Source: Bacillota bacterium (GTDB lineage Bacteria > Bacillota > Desulfotomaculia > Desulfotomaculales > VENG01). Taken from it: a stretch of 64,000 nucleotides of DNA. The position numbers and the translations under genes are program-made. The DNA lies in the NCBI GenBank assembly GCA_009711705.1, contig VENG01000008.1, positions 99,535 to 163,534 on the forward strand. The letters run 5' to 3'. This document shows positions 53,064-63,772 of this stretch, in pieces; the stretch's first letter is position 1, and each line of letters opens with the position of its first letter. Under the pieces are notes generated by a model. It was not told where the DNA came from. It did not search any database and saw only the letters and a list, made by a program, of their open reading frames with translations.

Positions 53064-53495
53064 TATTTTTTTCCTCCTGTGATAGTTATTATTTTATTGA
53101 ATTAGTTAATAAGTGTGCCAACTTTATTTAATTTTAATTTTAGTTTTAAATAACTTGTTGCCGCTAATGCTGCAATCATAAATATATTCGAAAATGGCCC
53201 ACCTTTTTAGGTGGGTAATATAAAAAACGACAACTATCATATTTTGCCATGCTTTTCACAGAGTGCCTTTCATCCATCCCAAGGCTCTTATGATGCCAGC
53301 ATAAACCCACATATACCCCTTCAAGGATCTTGTAATCACAACTGCGCAGGAAAACAAAATAGCGTATCAATTGGAAGTTATGGCCAGTGGTACGAATGCC
53401 GGTAAGGCCATAGCTTGCATAAATCAGTTATCCAATATACAATTTACTTATCTGTTCTTATCAGCAGTTACAAAATTACTTTTGGAGTGATTTCG

Positions 53496-53684
53496 GTGTC
53501 TGAAGATAATGAGATTATGACAATTGGCCAGGTGGCCAAATACCTCCAAATAAGTGAGATTACCACATATCGCTTGGTTCAAGATGGAAAAATCCCAGCT
53601 TTTAAGGTTGGCCGCGGTTGGAGGATCAAAAGGGAAGATCTTAACCAATTTATTGAAAAACAAAAATGTGGAGAGAGTTTTTAG
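53496..53684 (+). CDS. excisionase/MerR-type helix-turn-helix protein
   Basis: MTIGQVAKYLQISEITTYRLVQDGKIPAFKVGRGWRIKREDL. GTG 53496 lies 8 nt after GGAG; ATG 53517 is an alternative. Confidence 0.65.
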   Translation: MSEDNEIMTIGQVAKYLQISEITTYRLVQDGKIPAFKVGRGWRIKREDLNQFIEKQKCGESF

Positions 53685-53762
53685 TAAGCAAACTAAAAAA
53701 TAAAGCGGTGATACATTATTCATAGCATACCCTGCAAGCTATGCGGAGAAATTACCGGCAAA

Positions 53763-54377
53763 ATGGACAGTGTTACGTCTGCAGTTTACCACCACTGTCC
53801 CCATTGTGACTTTATATTTTTAGATGAGGAATATCTTATCGATGAACAAGAGGAACATTACCGGTATAAACAACATAATAACTCGATAGAGAACAAGGGT
53901 TATGTTAATAACTTTAATAAGTTTATAAAAACTGCTGGCATAGATACGTCTAAGGATGTAGAAATGGCTTTGGACTTTGGCTGTGGGCCGGGGCCGGTAT
54001 TAAAGGTTCTGTTGAATAGGCTGGGTATAGATGTTGATATATACGATCCGTTTTTTTTCCCGGAGAAGGTTTTCGTGAACAAACAATATGATCTAATAAC
54101 CTGTACAGAAGTATTTGAACACCTTAAAAATCCTTTAGAGGTTTTAACATTGTTAGAATCTTTGTTAAGGGAAAATGGGACTTTAGCTATCAACACTTTG
54201 TTCCATACTACCAGCGATAACTTTAATCTATGGTGGTACCGTAAAGACACTACACATATCTGTTTTTACAGTCCGAAAACCTTTAAGTGGATAGAAAATA
54301 ACTTTAATCTTACTATTGACGTTATGGACAACCATAGTATATGTGTTTTACACAAGACAAACAAGAGTACACTCTAA
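53763..54377 (+). CDS. class I SAM-dependent methyltransferase
   Basis: LDFGCGPG motif I and an N-terminal CPHC zinc-ribbon-like pair. Confidence 0.7.
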   Translation: MDSVTSAVYHHCPHCDFIFLDEEYLIDEQEEHYRYKQHNNSIENKGYVNNFNKFIKTAGIDTSKDVEMALDFGCGPGPVLKVLLNRLGIDVDIYDPFFFPEKVFVNKQYDLITCTEVFEHLKNPLEVLTLLESLLRENGTLAINTLFHTTSDNFNLWWYRKDTTHICFYSPKTFKWIENNFNLTIDVMDNHSICVLHKTNKSTL

Positions 54378-54479
54378 GCAGTTGGTTCAAGGTTCCAAGC
54401 AGCTTGATAGGCACGAGAATTGGGTAGACTTTGAATGTGCCTAATAAAAAATGTCAGGACAGGTGGGTAACATTTTAAA

Positions 54480-56096
54480 ATGAATCAAGTAGAACTACTC
54501 AGCGAGGCTAAGAGACGAAGGACATTTGCCATTATTTCGCACCCGGATGCCGGTAAAACCACATTAACGGAAAAATTATTGTTGTACGGAGGGGCTGTAC
54601 GCCTGGCGGGCAATGTAAAATCCCGCAAATCAAAACAATATGCCATGTCTGATTGGATGGAGTTGGAACAGAAAAGAGGTATTTCGGTAACCTCAAGTGT
54701 TTTACAGTTCGAGTACCACCAATTGAAAATAAACATACTGGATACTCCGGGACACCAGGATTTCAGTGAAGATACCTACCGTACGCTAATGGCTGCCGAC
54801 AGTGTGGTTATGTTGATTGATGCAGCCAAAGGGGTGGAGGAGCAAACAAAAAAGTTATTCCGGGTGTGCAGGGACCGGGGCATACCTATCTTTACCTTTA
54901 TTAACAAGATGGACAGGCATGGAAGAGAACCTTTGGACCTGTTGGACGAAATAGAGAAAACGTTTCATATAAAATCCTTTCCCATGAATTGGCCGGTGGG
55001 CAGGGGAAGTGAATTCACCGGCATCTATGACCGGCAATCTGCCCAAATAGAACTTTTTACCGGCAACAGGCAGGGCCGGACTGTAGTTCCCACCAAGGTG
55101 GGTAACTTGTCTGATTCGGATATTGCCGGTGCACTGCCCGAACCGGTATACGACCAGTTAAAGGAAGATATAGAACTACTGGACTTAGCCGGAGACCATT
55201 TTGATTTAAAATTAATCGCTCGAGGGGAATTAACACCGGTTTATTTCGGCAGTGCCTTGACCAATTTTGGGGTTCGTTCTTTTCTGGACTCATTCATTGA
55301 ACTGGCTCCGCCACCGCGCGAAAAAACAACGGGGAAAGGTACCATAAGCCCCGAAAATGAAGAATTTTCAGGGTTTGTCTTCAAAATTCAGGCCAATATG
55401 AATCCTGCCCACCGGGATAGAGTTGCCTTTGTTCGCATTTGCTCGGGCAGTTTCACTCGGGGGATGCTCGTAAAGCATGTTCCCACCGGCAAAACCCTAC
55501 GTTTATCACAATCCAGGCAGTTTATGGCCCAGAGTACAGCTACTGTAGATGAAGCATATCCCGGGGACATCGTGGGTATTTTTGATCCGGGTATATTTCG
55601 CATCGGCGATACACTAACGGAAAAAAGCAGCTTTGACTTCGAGGCCTTTCCGCTCTTCCAGCCGGAGATGTTCGCCAGGGTACACCTACGGGATGTTATG
55701 AAAAGAAAGCAGTTCATGAAAGGGATGAACCAGCTGGCTGAAGAAGGGGCTATACAAAAGTTTCAGCTGCCGGATATTGGCCTGGAGTCCCCGGTAATAG
55801 GGGCGGTGGGGGTGCTTCAGTTTGAAGTGCTGGAACACAGGTTGACCCATGAATATGGCCTGGATATATATCTTGAGCAACTTCCTTACAGTGTTGCACG
55901 GTGGGTCACGGGACAAGATTTGAATCCAAAATCGCTCAAGGGCAGGGGAAACCTGGTGGTACAAGACGATGAAGGTAATTATGTGGTATTATTCAGAAAC
56001 GAATGGGCTCTAAACTGGGATGCCAAAAATAATACTAAAGTAAAATACCTTGAACATCCTCCTCGGGAAGAATTGAGAAGGGAAAGGCTTAGGTGA
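54480..56096 (+). CDS. prfC: peptide chain release factor 3
   Basis: RRTFAIISHPDAGKTTLTEKLLL, DTPGHQDF, FINKMDR. Confidence 0.9.
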   Translation: MNQVELLSEAKRRRTFAIISHPDAGKTTLTEKLLLYGGAVRLAGNVKSRKSKQYAMSDWMELEQKRGISVTSSVLQFEYHQLKINILDTPGHQDFSEDTYRTLMAADSVVMLIDAAKGVEEQTKKLFRVCRDRGIPIFTFINKMDRHGREPLDLLDEIEKTFHIKSFPMNWPVGRGSEFTGIYDRQSAQIELFTGNRQGRTVVPTKVGNLSDSDIAGALPEPVYDQLKEDIELLDLAGDHFDLKLIARGELTPVYFGSALTNFGVRSFLDSFIELAPPPREKTTGKGTISPENEEFSGFVFKIQANMNPAHRDRVAFVRICSGSFTRGMLVKHVPTGKTLRLSQSRQFMAQSTATVDEAYPGDIVGIFDPGIFRIGDTLTEKSSFDFEAFPLFQPEMFARVHLRDVMKRKQFMKGMNQLAEEGAIQKFQLPDIGLESPVIGAVGVLQFEVLEHRLTHEYGLDIYLEQLPYSVARWVTGQDLNPKSLKGRGNLVVQDDEGNYVVLFRNEWALNWDAKNNTKVKYLEHPPREELRRERLR

Positions 56097-57814
56097 ATAT
56101 GGTTAGAACGAGAAAAAACTCGCTGGCATTGATGCCGCTGGGCGGTATTGCGGAAATAGGCAAGAATATGCTGGCTATGGAATGTAATAACGATATTATT
56201 GTAATCGACTCGGGACTAAAATTTCCTACGGAAGAATTGCCCGGTGTCGACTTGGTGATTCCTGACATCGGTTATTTAAAAAATAATCTGCAAAAAATAA
56301 AGGGTATTATTCTTACCCACGGGCATGAAGATCATGTGGGCGCTTTACCATTTGTTTTAAATGAAATTAATGTTCCCGTATACGGCACTTCTTTAACGGT
56401 GGGGATTGCCGGTAGGAAGTTATTGGACCGGGATAGTCGAAGTAAAGGTAAGATTAATGAATTTTCTTTAAATGTTATCACGCCTGCGGATAAACTGAAA
56501 CTAGGATGCTTTAAGATAAATTTCTTCCGAGTTAACCACAGCATTCCCGATGGCGTGGGGCTAGCTATAGAAACCCCTGCCGGGCTGGTTGTCCATTCCG
56601 GGGATTTTAAGATTGATCAAACTCCCATTGACGGTCATGTAATGGAACTGGGGAAGTTGGCCCAGTGGGGGGAGCGGGGAGTTCTCCTTTTTCTTTGCGA
56701 TACCACCAATGCCGACAGAGAAGGATATACCCCTTCTGAAAAAGTGGTGGGTGAAACGCTTCTGCACTATTTTGCGCAGGCTAAACAACGTATAATTGTT
56801 ACTACCTTTGCTTCCAACGTTCACCGTATACAGCAAATTGTTAACGCCGCTGTACTGTTTAACCGCAAGATAGCCCTTGCCGGCCGGAGTATGATTAACG
56901 TGGTTGAGGTCGCTACTGATTTGGGTTATCTACATATCCCTGACCATACCCTTATCGAAATTAATGAGGCCAATAAACTGCCGGGTGAGGATGTTGTAAT
57001 TATTACCACCGGTAGCCAGGGTGAACCAATGGCGGCTTTAACCAAGATGGCTCAACAATCACACCGGCAGGTGGTAATAAAGCCCGGTGATACTGTAATC
57101 ATTTCCGCCAATCCCATTCCAGGGAACCAAAAATTAGTAGCCCGGACCATTGATAACCTTTTCCGTATTGGTGCACAAGTGGTATACAAGGTAGATGGTA
57201 CAGTGCACGTTTCAGGACATGCTGCTCAAGAAGAGATTAAAACTCTGGTTAACATTTTAAAGCCCAAGTATTTTATGCCGTTCCATGGTGAATACAGGCA
57301 TAAAATTAAATTTGCACAGCTGGTTGAGGCGATGGGTATTCCCAAAAGTAATGTTATCTTTGCTGAGTGCGGTGACCGGTGGGAATTTAATAAGCAGCAG
57401 GCCAGTTTAAATGGTAAGGTAACTCACGGGGACATTATGGTCGACGGGTTGGGCGTGGGTGATGTAGGCAATATAGTTCTACATGACCGCCAGAGTCTAT
57501 CCACTGAGGGCATCATTGTGGTGGTAATGGTAATTGATAAAAAATATGGTACGCTTCTTGCCGGACCGGACATTATTTCCAGGGGATTTGTTTATATGCG
57601 GGAAAGCACTGAATTGTTGGATGAAGCTAAAAAACGTATTACCAAAGAGTTGAATGATTTGCCTTCAGCCCGACTTAAAGAATGGTCAACTGTCAAAGGT
57701 ATTATCATAAGGTCATTGTCCTCTTTTCTTTATAAACATATTGGGCGCAGGCCGGTTATTTTACCTGTCATAACGGAGTGCGTTCCCGTCACTGATCACC
57801 CATGGCCTTTATAG
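56093..57814 (+). CDS. rnj: ribonuclease J
   Basis: Beta-CASP metallo-beta-lactamase: ILTHGHEDHVGALP, HVSGHA. The start may be GTG 56093 or ATG 56099. Confidence 0.9.
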   Translation: MNMVRTRKNSLALMPLGGIAEIGKNMLAMECNNDIIVIDSGLKFPTEELPGVDLVIPDIGYLKNNLQKIKGIILTHGHEDHVGALPFVLNEINVPVYGTSLTVGIAGRKLLDRDSRSKGKINEFSLNVITPADKLKLGCFKINFFRVNHSIPDGVGLAIETPAGLVVHSGDFKIDQTPIDGHVMELGKLAQWGERGVLLFLCDTTNADREGYTPSEKVVGETLLHYFAQAKQRIIVTTFASNVHRIQQIVNAAVLFNRKIALAGRSMINVVEVATDLGYLHIPDHTLIEINEANKLPGEDVVIITTGSQGEPMAALTKMAQQSHRQVVIKPGDTVIISANPIPGNQKLVARTIDNLFRIGAQVVYKVDGTVHVSGHAAQEEIKTLVNILKPKYFMPFHGEYRHKIKFAQLVEAMGIPKSNVIFAECGDRWEFNKQQASLNGKVTHGDIMVDGLGVGDVGNIVLHDRQSLSTEGIIVVVMVIDKKYGTLLAGPDIISRGFVYMRESTELLDEAKKRITKELNDLPSARLKEWSTVKGIIIRSLSSFLYKHIGRRPVILPVITECVPVTDHPWPL

Positions 57815-57819
57815 ATTTT

Positions 57820-57974
57820 ATCTGATTTCTAAGACTCCCACTTCTATAAGTGGGAGTTTGCACTTTTTTTCTTCAGGTGGGGTTGAATCCCACCAGTTGG
57901 GGACATTCCTCCGCAGGAGGTGTGTCCCCTTTCCTCTTAAGCCCCGATGTTCAGCTTTAGCTGAACGAGTTCAC
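57820..57974 (-). repeat. modular hairpin repeat, copy D (R+M+X+L, longest)
   Basis: Same modules as copy B in reverse, plus module X (AGTTGGGGACATTCCTCCGCAGGAGGTGTGTCCCCTTTCCT), which is shared with 39646..39707. Confidence 0.85.
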
Positions 57975-58111
57975 TCCCGGGATCTCACTATTCTTCTTTG
58001 ACGGTGCTCCTTTTTTCGAGGAGCGCTTGTTTTTTTAATAACACTTTTCAACTTCAATACATAATATAAGATGAAAGTTGAATTATTCTATTGCTGAAGG
58101 GAGGATCATTT

Positions 58112-58225
58112 ATGGCTTATGGTTCTGGTTCTGGTGGAGGCGGATTAATTCTTTTCTTAATCCTAATCCTGTTAGTGTTTGGAATGGGTTTCGGTGGCGG
58201 TATTTGTCAAGTGGAAGATAAATAA
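58112..58225 (+). CDS. tiny Gly-rich single-TM protein (YjcZ-like), copy 1
   Basis: Below the track cut-off. SD GAAGGGAGG: MAYGSGSGGGGLILFLILILLVFGMGFGGGICQVEDK. Confidence 0.6.
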   Translation: MAYGSGSGGGGLILFLILILLVFGMGFGGGICQVEDK

Positions 58226-58256
58226 ACAGAATAATATCACAAAGGAGGGATATTAA

Positions 58257-58373
58257 ATGGCATATGGTGGCGGTACAACTGGTGCAGCTGGATTTGACGG
58301 TAGTTTTATACTGTTCCTGATCCTCATATTGTTGGTATTTGGTATGATGCCGTTCTTCGGCGGAGTTTGTTAG
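58257..58373 (+). CDS. tiny Gly-rich single-TM protein (YjcZ-like), copy 2
   Basis: SD AAAGGAGGG: MAYGGGTTGAAGFDGSFILFLILILLVFGMMPFFGGVC. Terminator at 58414..58445. Confidence 0.6.
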   Translation: MAYGGGTTGAAGFDGSFILFLILILLVFGMMPFFGGVC

Positions 58374-58590
58374 TCGGAACCACTAACAAAAGAAGTTACC
58401 TCTCAAAAATTACCCCTTTATATAAAGGGGTAATTTTATTTTGGCAAGCAGGGACGGGCAAGTGAGAACCGTCCTAACTTGCCAAACAACTTGGTAAGTT
58501 GGTTTGAGTTGCAGGAATCGACAATTTAATTGAGAATTTATAAATATAAGGATTTTTCGAAGAACTTCTACAAAAGGAGAGTGTCAATCA

Positions 58591-59370
58591 GTGGCAATGA
58601 CAGGTAAAGAGACACGTCGCGTCTATGACGCTTGGAGTAATGATTATGATCATTACATTTCGGAAGAAGAGAAAAACAAAAAGGAAGCCCTTTATTATGC
58701 AGGCTTGTTCAAAGAACACGGAGCGAAAAAGGTGTTAGATGCTGCATGCGGCACCGGTCGTCATGCAATTTATCTTGCACAGCAAGGGTTAGATGTTGCG
58801 GGTTTTGATATCAGTGAAGGTATGCTGGATATTGCACGCGAGCGCGCCGGCGATAATAATCTGGACATCGATTTTTGCCAGGCCTCTTTTACGGAGCTTA
58901 CAGAAAAATTCGGGCCGGCATCTTTTGACGGATTTGTATGCGCAGGTGGTGGGGTGGCCCACATGATCGACGATAAAGAATTTGAACAGGGTTTAAAAGC
59001 AATATATGATTTATTAAAGCCCGGTGGTCTGGCCGTCTTTGAAAACCGCGATTATGATATTTTCAAGGAAGATAAACTAAATTTCGGTCCTCTTACGGTG
59101 GCACAGGAAAATGGCAGTAAGGTGATGTATCTGAGGCTGCTGGACTACGAAGATAAATCGGTTCGCTATAACTTGCTTACAATCAGAGAGCAGGAGGATA
59201 ATCCTACATACGATGTATTGACCTTTGAGCTGCGCTTGAACATAACCAGTGAGCTGGAGGAGATATTGCCCCGTATAGGTTTTTCCCAGGTGGAAGCTCG
59301 CAGGCGCTTTAAAATGACAGGAGACACTGATAATTTGGGGGAAAAGGATTTAGTTTTTGCAGTTAAGTAG
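58591..59370 (+). CDS. class I SAM-dependent methyltransferase
   Basis: VLDAACGTGRH motif I; 259 aa. Confidence 0.75.
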   Translation: MAMTGKETRRVYDAWSNDYDHYISEEEKNKKEALYYAGLFKEHGAKKVLDAACGTGRHAIYLAQQGLDVAGFDISEGMLDIARERAGDNNLDIDFCQASFTELTEKFGPASFDGFVCAGGGVAHMIDDKEFEQGLKAIYDLLKPGGLAVFENRDYDIFKEDKLNFGPLTVAQENGSKVMYLRLLDYEDKSVRYNLLTIREQEDNPTYDVLTFELRLNITSELEEILPRIGFSQVEARRRFKMTGDTDNLGEKDLVFAVK

Positions 59371-59526
59371 ATAAAAAATACCTGTAATGAGGGGCAAGCA
59401 AGAACCGTCCCCACTTGCGGGGTATTTTTTCCAAAAGGATTTTTAGAGAATTTATTGAACTTTTACACTAAGTAGCATGCTGGTCATACCAGCAGCCAAT
59501 TTTCTTCTTGGTAAGGAGGACTATCC

Positions 59527-60540
59527 ATGGATCTTAACCAGATTCGTGATCAAGCACGAGAAAAACTTAAAGGTTATTGCAGGGTCTGTCCTGTTTGTGA
59601 CGGGCGGGCCTGTTCAGGGGAAGTGCCCGGCATGGGCGGTTCGGGAACGGGAAGTGCTTTTCGGGTTAACTTAGAGGCTCTACAAGGTTATAGCCTTAAC
59701 ATGCGCACTCTGCATAATGCTAAAAACCCGGTTACGGATTGTGAATTATTCGGCGTTTCCTTAAAAACTCCGGTTTTGGCCGCCCCCATGACCGGCACCT
59801 CTTACAATATGGGAGGGGCCATATCTGAGCGTGATTTTATCGGCATGATTATGTCCGGCAGTAAGGCTGCCGGAAGTATGGGCTTTTCCGGTGACGGAGC
59901 CGACCCGGCCATGTATGATTCCGGTTTGGAAGCAGTGGCAGTGGAAAATGGATGGGGAATACCGGTAATCAAACCCCGGGAACAAGAAGAAGTGATAGAA
60001 AGGATACGCCGGGCGGAATCAGCCGGTGCGGTAGCCGTAGGTATGGATATTGACGGCGCCGGATTGGTAACCATGGCTCTGAAAGGACAGCCTGTTGGTC
60101 CCAAAACACGCACTGAATTGGAGGAAATCATTGCTTCTACCAAACTTCCCTTTATTGTTAAGGGTATAATGACCCTTGATGAGGCTGTAACGTGTGCTGA
60201 AGCCGGTGCAGCGGCCATTGTGATTTCCAACCACGGAGGGCGTATCCTTGATTATACCCCGGGTGCGGCGGATGTACTGCCGGAAATCGCTTCTGAGGTT
60301 AAAGGGAAAGTAACTATCTTTGCAGACGGCGGAGTTAGGACAGGGGTTGACGTTATTAAACTTTTAGCTTTAGGTGCTGACGCTGTTCTCGTGGGACGCC
60401 CATTGGTTGTGGGAGCGTTTGGAGGCGGCGTAGAAGGAGTTCAGTTTTTCATTGAGAAAATGACAGCAGAACTGAGCCAGGCCATGATCCTTACCGGCTG
60501 TGCTTCGTTGCATGACATTACTGATCAAATAGTTTACTAA
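59527..60540 (+). CDS. FMN-dependent alpha-hydroxy-acid dehydrogenase/oxidase family protein
   Basis: ISNHGGR and DGGVRTGVDV motifs. N-terminal CRVCPVCDGRAC cluster. Confidence 0.75.
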   Translation: MDLNQIRDQAREKLKGYCRVCPVCDGRACSGEVPGMGGSGTGSAFRVNLEALQGYSLNMRTLHNAKNPVTDCELFGVSLKTPVLAAPMTGTSYNMGGAISERDFIGMIMSGSKAAGSMGFSGDGADPAMYDSGLEAVAVENGWGIPVIKPREQEEVIERIRRAESAGAVAVGMDIDGAGLVTMALKGQPVGPKTRTELEEIIASTKLPFIVKGIMTLDEAVTCAEAGAAAIVISNHGGRILDYTPGAADVLPEIASEVKGKVTIFADGGVRTGVDVIKLLALGADAVLVGRPLVVGAFGGGVEGVQFFIEKMTAELSQAMILTGCASLHDITDQIVY

Positions 60541-60655
60541 AAAAAGTTTAAAATAAGATAAGGGGCCGGGTTTTGAACCAGGCCCCGCATTTAAACAGAT
60601 AGTGGTCTGACCATCAGGGTGCATGAACAGTGGTAAAGAGGAGGGTAATTCTTTT

Positions 60656-62338
60656 ATGGGAATTGTAGGACTGGCGGTAGTTGCTTTCATACCTATATTA
60701 TTTACCGTAGTTATGATGACAGTTTTTTCGTGGCCGGCAAAAAGGGTGATGCCCTTTGCATGGGGTATAGCAGTAGTGGTTGCTTTAACTGTGTGGGGCA
60801 TGGAGTTAATACGCGTAGTTGCTTCCACTGTCTATGGATTTTTGTCAGCGTTTAATATTTTAATTATTATCTTTGGTGCCATTCTTATTTTAAATACTCT
60901 GAAGAAAAGTGGGGCCATGTCCACCATTAACCGGGGCTTTTACGGCATTACGCCGGACCGCAGAATCCAGGCCATCATTATTGGCTGGATGTTCGGTTCC
61001 TTCATTGAAGGAGCGGCCGGGTTCGGTACGCCGGCTGCACTGGCCGGCCCGTTAATGGTGGGGCTGGGCTTTCCTCCCCTGGCTGCTGCTATGGTGGCTC
61101 TTATATTTGACAGTACTGCTGTAAGTTTCGGGGCAGTGGGCACGCCGGTTATAGGCGGTGTAGGGGCTGTGATGAAAGCCACTGTGGTAGAGAGGTTAGG
61201 AGAAGGAGCTTATATTCCCTTCCTGAAATCAGTCGGTTTTTGGAGTGCGCTGCCTCACGCTATTGTGGGTACTTTTATTCCCCTGTTGGCCATTTGCATG
61301 TTAACGGCTTTCTTTGGCCCCAGCGAAAAGCGTTCTATTAAATACGGCTTAGCAGCGGCGCCCTTTGCTATCTTTGCGGGGCTTTGCTTTACTGTCCCCT
61401 ACATGTTGACCGCCACCCTGTTAGGCCCGGAGTTTCCTGCCCTGGTAGGTGCTCTAATCGGGCTGCCTATTGTTTTGTTGGCCGCGTCTAAAGGGTTCCT
61501 GGTGCCCAAAGATCAATGGGAATTTCCTACAAAAGATAAATGGGAAGGAAACTGGAAGGGCATGGTGGAAACAGGTTCAGATGAGGAAAGCAATATGCCG
61601 CTTTGGCTGGCCTGGACACCTTATGTTTTAATTGCTGTGGTCCTTGTGGTAACGAGGATTCCCGAATTTGGTTTGAAGACATGGTTAGCCGCTCAGGTTA
61701 TAGCGTGGGACAATATACTGGGGTCGGGCATTAATTATTCACTTAAATATTTATATCTTCCCGGCACCATACCCTTTGTTTTGGTGGCCATAATCACCAT
61801 CTTCCTGCACCGCATGCCTGGTGAAAAAGTAAAAGAAGCCTGGGGTGCCACTCTGAAGCAAATAGTGAGCCCTGCCATTGCATTGTTTTTTGCCGTGGCC
61901 ATGGTTCAGGTGATGGTTAATTCTTCGACAAATGTTAAGGACATTGACGGCATGATGCTCACCATGTCCAAGGCGACAGCCATGGTAGTGGGCGGCGCGT
62001 GGCCCCTGGTGTCTCCCTTTGTGGGTGTTTTGGGAGCCTTTATGTCCGGTTCAAATACTGTTTCCAATATTCTTTTCTCCCAGTTTCAGTTCGGTGTGGC
62101 AGGACAGTTGGGACACCCCGGAGTGGTTACTCTGGCCATGCAAAATATAGGCGGTGCAGTGGGCAATATGGTTTGTGTGCATAATGTTGTTGCTGCGTGT
62201 GCTACGGTAGGACTTACCGGTGTTGAGGGAATCATTATCCGCAGGAACCTTATTCCCATGTTTGTTTACGGATTAGCCGTGGGCATTGTGGGACTGGTTA
62301 TTATATACGGCGGTTTTGCCGCGGGTATTTTGTTATAA
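60656..62338 (+). CDS. L-lactate permease (LctP family)
   Basis: About 14 TM; [15 protein letters not shown] motif. ATG 60656 follows AAGAGGAGGG. The track start 60623 is possible. Confidence 0.8.
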   Translation: MGIVGLAVVAFIPILFTVVMMTVFSWPAKRVMPFAWGIAVVVALTVWGMELIRVVASTVYGFLSAFNILIIIFGAILILNTLKKSGAMSTINRGFYGITPDRRIQAIIIGWMFGSFIEGAAGFGTPAALAGPLMVGLGFPPLAAAMVALIFDSTAVSFGAVGTPVIGGVGAVMKATVVERLGEGAYIPFLKSVGFWSALPHAIVGTFIPLLAICMLTAFFGPSEKRSIKYGLAAAPFAIFAGLCFTVPYMLTATLLGPEFPALVGALIGLPIVLLAASKGFLVPKDQWEFPTKDKWEGNWKGMVETGSDEESNMPLWLAWTPYVLIAVVLVVTRIPEFGLKTWLAAQVIAWDNILGSGINYSLKYLYLPGTIPFVLVAIITIFLHRMPGEKVKEAWGATLKQIVSPAIALFFAVAMVQVMVNSSTNVKDIDGMMLTMSKATAMVVGGAWPLVSPFVGVLGAFMSGSNTVSNILFSQFQFGVAGQLGHPGVVTLAMQNIGGAVGNMVCVHNVVAACATVGLTGVEGIIIRRNLIPMFVYGLAVGIVGLVIIYGGFAAGILL

Positions 62339-62371
62339 TTTTTTGGGCAGCTATCCGAAGGAGGATGCTTC

Positions 62372-63772
62372 GTGTTGCAAAAGGAGATAATTAACGAACT
62401 GGTTAAAATAATAGGTAAGGAAAATGTAATCACAGGCCGGGAGGATTTACTTTGTTATTCTTATGATGCCACCCCCGATGTGCCTGACCCGCTTCCTGAT
62501 GTAGTGGTTACGCCTTCAAATACCGGGCAGGTATCGCAGTTAGTAAAAATCGCCCGGCGGTTCAAAGTCCCTCTCTACCCCAGGGGTTCAGGTACCAACT
62601 TAAGCGGAGGTACGGTGCCGCTTAAGGGTGGTATAGTACTGTCGTTACTAAAAATGGCAGATATTGTGGAAGTGGATGCGGAAAATTTAACAGCCACCAC
62701 ACAGCCCGGGGTAATTATACAAGATTTAAATAACGCTGTAGCACCGCACGGGCTTTTGTATCCCCCTGATCCCGGTACCGTGGCCACAGCCACCATGGGC
62801 GGCAGTGTAGCTGAGTGTTCAGGCGGGTTGCGGGGATTGAAATACGGGGTAACCAAGCACTATGTGATGGGGCTTGAAGTGGTACTGGCGGACGGGCAGG
62901 TGGCCCGTTTCGGAGGTAAGACCGTAAAAAATGTTACCGCCCTGGACATGGTGAAACTTTTTACCGGCTCCGAGGGGACATTAGGTATTATTACAGAAAT
63001 AATTGTGCGTTTAATCCCGGCTCCGGAATCCCGCAAGACAATGTTTGCAGCCTTTAACGATCTGTCCGATGCCGGTAATGCAGTTATATCCATCGTTAAG
63101 AATAAAGTAATTCCGGCCACGCTGGAGATAATGGATCAAGTTACCATAAAAACCGTGGAAAATTTCTCTAAAATAGGACTTCCCACAGATGCCAGAGCCA
63201 TTTTGCTTATAGAAGTGGATGGGATTCCGGAAGTGGTAGAGCGGGAAGCGGATACGGTCTTAGAAGTAATTAAGAATAATAACGGTAAGGTACAGATGGC
63301 ACGAGACGACAAAGAGCGGGACGGCCTTTGGGCGGCCCGCCGGACTGCACTGCCGGCTCTGGCCCAGGTTAAGCCCACTACAGTCTTGGAGGACGCTACC
63401 GTGCCGCGCAGCAAAATAACCGAGATGTTGTTGGCGTTGGAGGAAATTGCCCGGAAATATAATTTGCAGATCGGTACCTTCGGGCACGCCGGAGACGGTA
63501 ACCTGCACCCCACCATCCTTACCGACGAGCGGGATAAAGAGGAAATGGAAAGGGTCCACGCCGCGGTAAAGGAAATATTTGAAAAAGCCCTGGCCCTGGG
63601 CGGTACGCTGAGCGGTGAGCATGGCATAGGCATGGCCAAATCCGGTTTCCTGGAATGGGAACTGGGTGCCGGTGGTGTGGGCGTGCTGCATAAGATTAAA
63701 AATGCCCTGGACCCGGAAGGAATTTTAAACCCCGGTAAGATGGGTTTTAACGGGGGGACCGGGCATGAGTAA
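62372..63772 (+). CDS. glcD: FAD-linked oxidase (GlcD / D-lactate dehydrogenase type)
   Basis: FAD-binding PCMH domain (PRGSGTNLSGG) and C-terminal GTLSGEHGIG. Confidence 0.85.
   Translation: MLQKEIINELVKIIGKENVITGREDLLCYSYDATPDVPDPLPDVVVTPSNTGQVSQLVKIARRFKVPLYPRGSGTNLSGGTVPLKGGIVLSLLKMADIVEVDAENLTATTQPGVIIQDLNNAVAPHGLLYPPDPGTVATATMGGSVAECSGGLRGLKYGVTKHYVMGLEVVLADGQVARFGGKTVKNVTALDMVKLFTGSEGTLGIITEIIVRLIPAPESRKTMFAAFNDLSDAGNAVISIVKNKVIPATLEIMDQVTIKTVENFSKIGLPTDARAILLIEVDGIPEVVEREADTVLEVIKNNNGKVQMARDDKERDGLWAARRTALPALAQVKPTTVLEDATVPRSKITEMLLALEEIARKYNLQIGTFGHAGDGNLHPTILTDERDKEEMERVHAAVKEIFEKALALGGTLSGEHGIGMAKSGFLEWELGAGGVGVLHKIKNALDPEGILNPGKMGFNGGTGHE

Noticed and set aside
53176-53405. Track ORFs 53176..53370 (-) and 53211..53405 (+)
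   Set aside because: They overlap each other in an AT-rich non-coding stretch, have no SD and give implausible sequences.
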